A stretch of DNA of 33,129 nucleotides from Spizellomyces punctatus DAOM BR117 (lineage: Eukaryota): the NCBI GenBank assembly GCA_000182565.2, contig KQ257469.1; one strand, written 5' to 3'. This document shows positions 11,634-21,593 of the stretch, piece after piece. The translations under genes and the position numbers were made by a program. Position 1 is the first letter of the stretch; every line of letters starts with the position of its first letter. Below the pieces are notes generated by a model. It was given only the letters and a program-made list of their open reading frames with translations, ran no database searches and was not told the origin of the DNA.

Positions 11634-11789
11634 TGGCAAAAACATTACCTGAAGATCTAGATCATCACAAACCTTCCAGACCTTCTAAGACTGCTTACAT
11701 GATGATTTACCCCTTTAAATCATTCCCACACGTGTCTGTGATCATTCTGATTATTCTAAGTCCAATTCCCCACGTTGTAACTTAGCCAA
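11631..11789 (-). repeat. Internal copia LTR fragment, inverted relative to the adjacent LTR
   Basis: Matches 10288-10443 with several SNPs and a small indel. Confidence 0.9.
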
Positions 11790-12186
11790 CTTAGAGTAAC
11801 CAGAATGATCACAGATGCGTGTGTGAATGATTTAAAGGGGTAAATCATCATGTAAGCACTCTTAGAAGGTCTGGAAGGTTTGTGATGATCTAGATCTTCA
11901 GGTAATGTTTGCCAAGGCATGGCTGAAGCTGCTGAGCACTGCTGAGCACGGCTGAGCATGTAAACAAGTGGGCTGAAGCATGTAAACAGTAAACAAAGGC
12001 GGAGGGAGGCTGGAGAATATACTGGGTTATATAAAGGGGACTTTTGAATGTCTCTGGATTAATACAAGCGTGTTATCCCACAAGTTACTGCACCCAGAAG
12101 TCTTACTAGCGGCCACAGGCATTACTAGGCCTTTCAGAAGTGATTTCTACATGGGAAATCAGTGTTCCAAGCGCTAAGTTTCAATA

Positions 12187-12200
12187 GGTTATGAGCCCTG
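12187..12200 (+). other. Primer binding site of copy C (half tRNA-iMet)
   Basis: GGTTATGAGCCCTG directly after the LTR. Confidence 0.9.
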
Positions 12201-12365
12201 ATAGCTATCACTGATATTTTCCTGCTTCAAATCTCTTTTCTGATGGCCACACCATCTTCCTGACGGACCTATCCTCTTCCCAACCTCATATTTGGACCAC
12301 CTACCATACTAGGACGATTTCACCTCTTCCCCAACAACAAATCCACTCACCAAATCAGCTCAGAC

Positions 12366-15300
12366 ATGTCAAACACGGACTTGGACACCAAACTCACAAT
12401 GGAAAAGTTCAATGGCATGAACTACCACCTCTGGAAGTTCAAAATGACAATGTTGCTGAAGGAAAAGGGGCTGTGGGGTGTGATTGAAGGAGATGACAGC
12501 ATGGAGGGAACCTCTGACAAGGATTGGAGGAGAAGGGATGAGCGGGCAATGGCAGTAATTGCTCTGTCACTGAGTGATGCCCAACTCATGCATGTACAGA
12601 CCGCTGTAACTGCAAAGGAGGCCTGGTTAAAGCTCAGTGACGTCCACCAAAGGAAGGGAATTGCCAGTAGGCTCTATCTAAGGAGGAAATTTCTCACTCT
12701 GAAGATGGAAGATGGCACTGGGGGCATGTTGGGACACATAAACACGGTCAGGACAATGGCTCAGCAGTTGGAGGCCATTGGGGCGCCAGTCAGTGAAGAA
12801 GACCAAGTCATCACCCTACTCTACAGCCTACCAGAGAGTTATGAACAGCTGGTGGTGTCTTTGGAGGCCAGGAGTGATTCTCTGATGCTGGAATTCCTCA
12901 CATCACGGCTTTTGCATGAAGAAACACGCAGGAAGGAAGCTGGGGGTGAAGGAGATAGCAAAGGGAAGGCCTTTTTCAGCAGGGATGGCGGGCAGAAGGT
13001 TGGCAAGCATGGTGGGATCAAGAAGATAGCAGGGAAGTGCTTCTATTGCAACAAGAAGGGTCACTTCAAGAAGGACTGCAGGAAGTTTCTGGCGGACACC
13101 AAACAACAAGCCAATCAAGCCAGCACCAGTCAGGCAACTCAGAATGAGTTCCTATTCTTTGCTCAGTCGGGAGATGACACCAAAACCTCTCAGGGAGCAG
13201 TCTGGTGGATTGTGGACTCGGGTGCCTCACAGCACATGTCACACAGGAAGGATTGGATGACCAATTACATGGAGATGTCACCAATTCAAGTCCATCTGGC
13301 AGACAACAGAACAGTTCAGGCAATAGGGAAGGGCCAGATCACACTTGAGACAGGCAGAAACCGATTCTGTACCCTCAGAGACGTGTGGTTTGTTCCCAAG
13401 CTTGAAAAGAACTTGTTTTCAGTAAGAAGAGCCACTGAAAACGGTGCCAAAGTTGAGTTTGGCAGCAAGGGATGCTGTATCAAGACTTCAGACGGTCAGG
13501 AAGCAATCCAGGGAACTCTAGGCGGCGGTCTATACATGTTTCATGCAAGAGAACATGCAAACATAGCCTCTGGAATGAGTGTGGACCTCTGGCATCGCAG
13601 GTTAGGACACCTGAACGTCAACAGCATCAAAATCTTGGCTAGGAACCAGCTGGGAAGCAGGGTGGAGGTCAAGAATCACACAGAAACATCACCATGTGAA
13701 GCCTGTGCCATGGAAAGATCACCAGGCATCCCTTTCCAAAGGGAGAAGCAGCTAGAGCGGCTCTATTGCTGGGGGTGGTTCACAGTGATGTGTGTGGGCC
13801 CATGAAGACACCAAGTCATGGTGGGGCAAAGTATTTTGTCACATTCATTGATGACAAGTCAAGGATGACAGCAGTTTATCATTTGAAGGAGAAGAGTGAG
13901 GTTCTCAGCAAATTCAAGGAGTTTGAGGCCTGGGCAACCAACTTCACGGGGCAGAAGATCAAAACTCTCAGATCAGACAATGGGGGAGAGTATGTGGGCG
14001 AAGAATTCAAGAAATTCTGCAAACAGAAGGGAATTCAGCAGCAATTCAGCACCCCCTACACACCAGAGCAGAATGGTGTTGCTGAGAGGATGAACAGGAC
14101 GCTGGTGGAAATGGGAAGGTGCATGCTGCACCACAGTGGACTCAGCCACAAGTTCTGGGGCGAGGCAATCATGACAGCGGCCTATCTCAGGAACAGGAGC
14201 CCCACTGCAGCACTCAGCAACCAATCAACACCATTTCAAGAGTTTACAGGCGGTAAACCAGATCTCCAGCACCTCAGAGTGTTTGGCTGCGTGGCCTACA
14301 CTCATATTCCAAAGGAAAAGCGGTCAAAACTTGATGAGAAGGCCAAGAAGGCAGTCATGGTCGGCTACAGCACTCAGAGTAAGGCCTACAGACTGTGGGT
14401 ACCTGAAATGAACCAAGTTGTCATGTCAAGGGACATCATCTTTGATGAAAACTTGATGTGGAGCACTCAGCAGCGACTGCAGAGTGTACCACAGCAAGAC
14501 CAAGAGCTACAGATGCCTCTGGGAGGGGAGCCTTCATTCTTGGACAACCAAGAAGGGCTAGGGACGGTTCAAGAGACTCAGAGACCATCTAGCATCACTC
14601 CAGACAACTCTTCAGCATCAGAAGATGATGGGGACGACTTCCAGGATGTTGAGGAAGTGCCAGAACTCAGCAGGAAGAGTGCCAGATTTCACAAACCACC
14701 GGGAGAGTGGTGGATTGCAAAGCCAACCCAGTCAAATCTGGCTTTTGCCTTCACCATTGGGGAAGTTCCACAGGAAGAACCCAGCACTCTGGCTGAAGCT
14801 AGGACCAGACATGATGCCAAACAGTGGGAGGTGGCTGTCAAAGCAGAATATGACTCTCTGATGGAGAATCAGACGTGGGACTTGGTCAAACTACCACCAG
14901 GAAGATCCACAGTTGGCTGCAAGTGGGTTTTCAAGCTGAAACTCAAGTCAGATGGCTCTGTAGAGCGCTACAAGGCCAGACTGGTAGCCAAAGGATACTC
15001 CCAAGTTGAAGGACTGGACTACAAGGAGACATTTGCCCCAGTAGTCAAGTTTGCAACCATCAGGACGGTTCTGACACTAGCAGCCATGAAGGACATGGAG
15101 ATTCACCAAATGGATGTCAAAACAGCATTCTTGAATGGGACCATTGAGGAGGACATCTACATGGACCAACCAGAAGGCTTTGCCACGGCAAAAGGACTTG
15201 TCTGCAAGCTAAAGAAGAGTTTTGTATGGGTTAAAGCAAGCTCCAAGAGCCTGGAACAAAGTCATTGATGGGCAACTCAAAGAACTTGGCTTTGAAAGGT

Positions 15301-15826
15301 GTGAATCAGACCACGGGCTGTACATCAACAAGAAGATGGGCATCCCACCTTGTCCTGTATGTGGATGACCTTATTCTCGCATCAAAGGACAACCAGGAGT
15401 TGTTAAAACTCAAAGAAGAACTCAAGAAGCGGTTCAAGATGGCTGATATGGGCCAGTTAGAGCATTTTCTCGGCATCCAAGTGGTCAGGGACAGAGCCAA
15501 CAGGTCAATCTGGCTCTCCCAACAGCGGTACCTCGGTCAAACATTGAAGAAATTCAATATGAGCAACAGCAAACCAGTTGCCACACCACTAGAGAATGGC
15601 CAGCAGCTCACCAAGGCCATGTCACCACAAACTGAGGCAGAACAGCAAGAAATGAATGGGGTTCCTTTCAGAAGTGCTGTTGGAAGTCTCATTTATGCAA
15701 TGCTGGGCACCAGACCAGACATAGCAGCAGCAGTTGGATCAGTTAGCCAGTACCTTTCCAACCCTGGACATCAGCACTGGATAGCAGTCAAATGGATCAT
15801 GTGGTACCTGAATGGCACCACAAACA
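12366..15826 (+). pseudogene. copia gag-pol with three frameshifts (about 13710, 15220 and 15345) and a 3' truncation
   Basis: ORFs 12366..13805, 13766..15268 and 15265..15879 tile the copy B polyprotein; 1-bp indels are visible against copies A and B. Confidence 0.92.
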
Positions 15827-16579
15827 TATTGAAACTTAGTGCTTGGAACACTGATTTCCCACATAGAAATCACCTCTGAAAGGCGTAGTAATGGCTGTGA
15901 CTGCTAGTAAGACTTCCGGGTGCAGTAACTTGTAGGATAACACACTTGTATTAATCCTGAGATGTTCAAAAGTCCCCTTTATATAACCCAGTACATTCTC
16001 CAGCCTCCCTCCACCTTTGTTTACTGTTTGCATGCTTCAGCCCACTTGTTTACATGCTCAGCCATGCTCAGCAATGCTCAGCAGCTTCAGCCCACTTGTT
16101 TACATGCCCAGCCATGCCCAGCCATGCTCAGCAATGCTCAGCAGCTTCAGTAATGCCTTGGCAAACATTACCTGAAGATCTAGACCATCACAAACCCAGA
16201 GATGTTCAAAAGTCCCCCTTATATAACCCAGTACATTCTCCAGCCTCCCTCCACCTTTGTTTACTGTTTGCATGCTTCAGCCCACTTGTTTACATGCTCA
16301 GCCATGCTCAGCAATGCTCAGCAGCTTCAGCCATGCCTTGGCAAACATTACCTGAAGATCTAGATCACCACAAACCTTCCAGACCTTCTAAGAGTGCTTA
16401 CATGATGATTTACCCCTTTAAATCATTCACACACGCATCTGTGATCATTCTGGTTACTCTAAGTCCAATTCCCCACATTGTAACTTAGCCAAATCAGATG
16501 TGAACTGTCTAATGACATCCCAACATGATCTCACATGATTTATAGATCATACAGTGTGATTTAAGCCTGAATCTCAACA
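15827..16579 (-). repeat. Solo copia LTR, 753 bp, with a 240-bp internal duplication of the enhancer/TATA region
   Basis: Ends are TATTGAAAC (15827) and ATCTCAACA (16579). GAGATGTTCAAAAGTCC occurs at 15959 and 16199. No PBS, PPT or matching target-site duplication. Confidence 0.92.
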
Positions 16580-16659
16580 TAACTGCCTGTATGTTGTCCA
16601 GACTTTTCCAGAAGATAAACAAGAGCAAACAAGAGCATCATTCTCCAGGCCAACAAGAT

Positions 16660-16775
16660 GGATGACAGCAGATGTCTCACTAAGGCATTGCCTAAAGTCA
16701 AGCACCTCAAATCTTGTGGTATAATAAGCCTATGCATTCACACTTGTGATTCCCTGAGTTGGAGTGTTGAAGATT
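16660..16775 (+). pseudogene. Old diverged copia RNase H end, PPT and start of an LTR (TGTTGA at 16765)
   Basis: LTKALPKVKHLKSCG...DSLSWSVE versus LTKALPKTKHLKLCG...DSLSGSVE in copy A. Confidence 0.8.
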
Positions 16776-16971
16776 ATGCTGGAAAGCTTGGTGCATCAAA
16801 TTGCAGTTCACACCCATGGGTTAGGGTTAGAGCAGCTGTGGCATATGGGTCAACTGAAAAAATTGGTACTCTGTAGGCTTCATCATGAAAATTGTTAGAT
16901 ATTAGTAAACAGATCATTAAGAGTTGCAGATATATTAGTAATGAACTGTTTCAGGGTACATGCCAGGAGGA

Positions 16972-17160
16972 TTGGATCAGGTCATGAGGTCAGGATCCTC
17001 AAACAAGAGTTGGACTGGGTCCTAGATCAGGGAACTAGAATAATGTAACTGGATCAGAGAACTAGAACTAGTTACTAGATTGGAGAACTAAAATCAGGAA
17101 GCTAGAATCAGAAACCAAGATCAGGTAGCCAAATCATGCATCTGGCTGTGGGAACTAGTG
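16972..17160. repeat. Degenerate short tandem repeat (GATCAG/GAACTA units, roughly 12-nt scale)
   Basis: Recurrent GATCAG(G/A) and GAACTAG motifs. Confidence 0.45.
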
Positions 17161-17697
17161 AAGGGAACTGAATGGGTATTTAGGTTAGAGAACCATAGTT
17201 AGGGGTGCCATTATGAAGTAAATCAGTTATTAAAGAAGTATGCATCAATGTCCTGGAATAAGAAAGAGGTGTCAAGTGCAAAAATTACAGAAAAACCCCA
17301 TAGCTATCACCTGACTTTCTACCCCTGTATCTTTGTGAAAATACCATACAAAATAAGGAACAGAGTACTTGGGAATCTCAAGTTTTCTGACACCACAGGA
17401 CATCATATCATATAGGATCATTTACCATGGCAGACAATAGTAGTGTTTGATGTGTTTCCAGTATGAGAAGAGCAACTTCTAAGTTTGCTTTTGCTTTGGT
17501 AGTATCCACCAGCAATAAGAAAGTACTGTCAATAAAATATATATTTATACTAGTTCTGTTGGCAAGTTCCTTGGCAGAACACTTTATCAAAACTGTAGTT
17601 CTATGGTTGCTGGGCAATGGATAATGCCTCCTAAGCTACATAATTAGGCTGGCTACTGGTAATTACTCTGTATCTCTTCTGCTTTTAACTATAATAT

Positions 17698-18053
17698 TGT
17701 TGAGACTTTAATATAATGGCAGTATGTAATTTATAAATTATATGGGAGCATGCTGGTATATTATCAAGCAGTTTACATCTGGTTTGGTTAAGTCAGAACA
17801 TGAGGGAAAATGGACTTTAAAGTTATTCCTGCACATGTCTGTTCTGAAGTACTTGAATAATAGATCCTCCTATAAGCAGCATTAGAAAGCATAAGGAGGT
17901 CTGGGGTGGCAGAGATGTTCAGGTAATGTTTGCCAAGGTATTGCTGAAGCTGCTGACCATGGCTGAGTATGGCTGAAGAATATAAGCAATTGGCTAAAGT
18001 ATGGAAACCATAAACAAAGGTTGGGGGAGGCTGGAGTATGCACTGGGCTATTA
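17698..18053 (+). repeat. Old, AT-shifted relic LTR of the same copia lineage, truncated near the TATA box
   Basis: Starts TGTTGAGA and is collinear with 1305-1660 (e.g. TTCAGGTAATGTTTGCCAAGG, AAACAAAGG...GGAGGCTGGAG). Confidence 0.85.
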
Positions 18054-18450
18054 CTGAATTCATGTTATGCCATTCTGCTTAATTTATAAGGTAATCCTTT
18101 ATATTTAAGTTACAACTATATTTATCTAAGTATAGCTCCATGTTGGTAAGAATAAAAATAAAAGATATAATATAGGTCTTATATGTATTATAAAATATAT
18201 GGTAATAATATCTAATCAATACTGTGGGTCAGGTGGGGTTATCTGCCAAAATACAGTTTTGTCCTCAATTTTCTAAATGGAGTGGGCCTAAGCAGATGGG
18301 CTCTGTAATCCAACCATGCCCCAGTCAGGTGATTAGATGACATTACCAGTATGTCAGGATGTCGAATAGCATGGAGCCGACATTTGATAACCGCCTGATA
18401 ACCGTCAGATTGCGTCTCAGTGACATGACCACATTTCCTTCCAATATTGC

Positions 18451-21400
18451 ATGCAGCTGGTTGAGAGTCTGTGGTTGAATCCGACCTGATCTACAATTCT
18501 GGGAACTGACGTCCTCTGTTCGAAGGGAGTTTCTGGATATCTAATGCGTACTAAACCTGAAGATAGTCTACGGGAGCGACTCAGCCAGGCAAAGACGTAT
18601 GCGGAATGGGAAATGATAGCGGCCGATCTTGATATGTGAGTCGGAGGAAGGCGTATATCCATATAATCTTGGTATGAGCGCTAATAGTACATCAGAATAC
18701 TAGGTCCGATGATCATATGACGCTGAGAAACTTATAGTCGTGTTGATTCTCATATGTCTACAGGAAACGATGTGTGGAAGGCAGACGCTACCTCCAACAT
18801 CTACGACTATAAATTAATTCAGTTCAGATTGGAGCATCTGGCGGAAGTTCGGGATAGCGGAGACGTTGCAGAATTAATTTACTTGCTCCGATCAGGTACC
18901 TTTCTTTACTTTTCGTGATAGACGAAATGATTGGAAGAAATTATGGCCATTCACCGTCGTTCGGTGCAGGGCTTCTTCGGAATCTCGGCGGTATTGGCGA
19001 CCCACGATTGTTTTCTCGATCATACTTAGGGTAGTGCCCAGCGAAGGAATTCTCACAGCATTTTTGAACTGAACGAGTACAATAGGACAAAGAGTCTGAT
19101 TGAGGATTATCTGAACCAAGTTGTAACGCAGCTGCAGTACATTCAGCGTAACGATTTTGAGGTGCTCAGTCCTCAACAAAAAGTGGAATTTTTTCATGAT
19201 ACCCGTCAGAGCTTTGGAAATACAGCATTGCTACTGGAAGGAGGGGCAACATTTGGTCAGGGCCATCAGCGACGATCCAACTGCCGCTACCACTTACTGA
19301 CTAGAAAAATAATATTTAGGATTGTTTCACCTAGGTGTGGTCAAAGCTCTAAGCGAACATCACCTTCTTCCTCGGATCATCAGTGGATCATCTGTCGGGG
19401 CGTTGATTGCGGCTTTAGTCTGCGTCCATACTGAACAGGACTTACCGGTGAGAGCACATGAGATGTTTGGACAGCCAGGCACCGTAGTCATCGTCATTCC
19501 GCAGTGTATCTTTCAACCGGGCGGGATCAACTTGAAAGCGTTCGCTAAGAAAGGAATCAAAGGCAACATCACCCGTAAAATCACCCGACTTCTGAAATAT
19601 GGTGGGTGAACAGTCGAGCTCACTCTCATCGACCAAAATGGCTGATATGAGATCATTTCTGCCAGGGTACTTGATGGTACGAACCGGTATCTTCTTGCAT
19701 GCAAACCCGTAGTGATACGGCGAGTTTATTTGGTTTCATAAAGGATGTGAAGGTCCTGGAGGATTGTGTCCGTAGTAATGTGGGAGTGAGTCACCTCAGC
19801 AGACATAAAGCTAACTGAGCGAGCGACATAAAATTAAGATTATTGAATGCCCACGCAGGATCTGACATTTGGTATGATTTAGTCGCCTCAGCCGTATGGC
19901 TAGCCCTAATGGTCTCCACTTCAGAGGAGGCGTATGCGCGCAGCAAACGGGTGTTGAACATCACGTTAGTGTCCGGCGTCCCAACTTTGTGTCCACAAGC
20001 TCATCTTGTGATCACCGACAGTGTCGCATCCACACGGAAGTATGAGGTACCGCGACTTTTGAATTACCTGACTGCACCAAATGTGGTGAGTGGTGATAAA
20101 CAGAACGCGCGGAACCAGGGCGTCTTGGAATACTGATCTTGAATTCTTTGCCCACAGTTAATTTGGAGTGCAGCATGCGCATCAGGTTGGCTGTTCAGTA
20201 GCTGAGACGCTTGGAGGGACACTAAACTCAGTATTGCCAGCGGCTGTCATGGGTCTCTACGAGTCGGTCGATCTACTGGCAAAGGATAATTACGGTAACA
20301 TTGGTAATGCTCTATGACCAGCGACAGTAGCAATACTTGTCAGGCTGGCCTTTCAACGCGCATCACCTGGTATCATTTCAAAATTATCTGACTTCTGACT
20401 GGCTGTTGTCTGGTTTGTCTTTCTACAGTGCATTGGAGCCCAAGTGGTGAGTTCAACTGCTCTCAATGGACGTCTAGTTAGATATTTACGTAGATGAGTA
20501 GCCATCAGTTGGAGCGACTCTTCTTGCGAAAGGTACTTTCAGCTGACCCTTACAGTCGCCATGGGTACTTTGAGCTTACTTGCGGCTTAATGAGCAAGTG
20601 ATTCTCCGGAAATAAGACTCGCTGGTACACTACTGTGACTTCGCATATTTAAGGGTTGTGCCTTGTCTTCTAACCAGCATATTGCTTTAGAACAGGTGCG
20701 TACTGTACGCATTTAGGGGAAAACACCATCTCGCTGGCTTACCTAGACCTTCTGCCAGTTCAATGTGAATCACTTCATACTATCACAAGGTGGAGGAGCG
20801 CGGGCTCAGCAACTCCGTAAAATGCGGCTAACACATGAATTCTTACTAAATTTGAGCATCTAGCCAACCCATATATTGCACCTTTCCTATCGAAATGCCC
20901 ACAGGGACAAGGTGACAGTCTCTCAGATAAGCTGTTCATCTTTCTGTCTTCCGAAATTCGACATCGCTTACACCAGGTGTGTGCCGACATTCTTTCTTTG
21001 TGCCGTCTGATTACTAATCTCAATGCCCTAGTTGGCGCAAATTGGCCTGATGCCCCGAACGCTGCAAACACTTTTCGAACAGAGAGCTCAAGGTCATATT
21101 ACGATAGGTAAGTTGGGGACCAACAGTTGTCTGGACACTGCCTGCGTCTCATTTGAACTCTTTGTAGCCCCTCCTTTGAGTTCAATGGTCGGCTTGCTTT
21201 GATTTCATCCGAAAGCCACCTTCCGTTTTGTAACTTTCTCTATCTCTGGCAGGATTTCTACCAGCTTTTTTCGAACCCCACATACGGTAGGGCAACTTAT
21301 CGTATTACAGTCTTCATTACTTTATCGTCTTAGGCAAGCAACTATTCCCTAGCTTCCTTGAACTATTGGATCTTAAAGGGAGAACAGTCGACATGGCCTT

Positions 21401-21593
21401 TTTTATCATTTATCAGGAGCCGAACTAAAATTGAGCTGGCCCTCGACAAAGGTAATCAGTAACGCGTGGGAATGTCCGACGTGTCGCTCAGAACCTCGGA
21501 GTAGCATATATATATACGAGAGAATTCCTTAAGCAAACCCGAGAAGCTTTGATAAGAGGGGACGAATTTAAGCGTACAAGATCTGTTTGCTGA
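18451..21593 (+). CDS. TGL3: Patatin-domain triacylglycerol lipase, TGL3/TGL4/SDP1 family (most like TGL3), about 25 exons; start codon uncertain
   Basis: Hand-spliced translation gives AKTYAEWEMIAADLD..GNDVWK, YDYKLIQFRL, GLLRNLGGI, TALLLEGGATFGLFHLGVVKAL, ISGSSVG (GxSxG), LLNYLTAPNVLIWSAACAS, FNVNHFILSQANPYIAPFL and WILKGEQSTWP...IELALDK. Confidence 0.88.

Larger units (their letters stand above)
11789..15826 (+). mobile_element. Ty1/copia copy C: 5'-truncated 5' LTR (11789-12186), PBS, and gag-pol truncated before RNase H
   Basis: LTR end TTTCAATA, then PBS GGTTATGAGCCCTG (12187-12200), ATG at 12366; pol stops abruptly at 15826. Confidence 0.96.

Noticed and set aside
111-16488. Many short recurring ORFs antisense or off-frame to copia pol and within the LTRs (e.g. 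MLSRAQQCS..., MALSLTTW...)
   Set aside because: They recur only because the element is repeated; no recognisable domains and variable ends between copies.
16818-16830. GGGTTAGGGTTAG telomere-like sequence
   Set aside because: Only two units, within TE relic DNA.
17408-17617. Possible decayed gypsy protease (VLIKCSA...YFIDS)
   Set aside because: Too degenerate; the catalytic D(S/T)G motif is absent.
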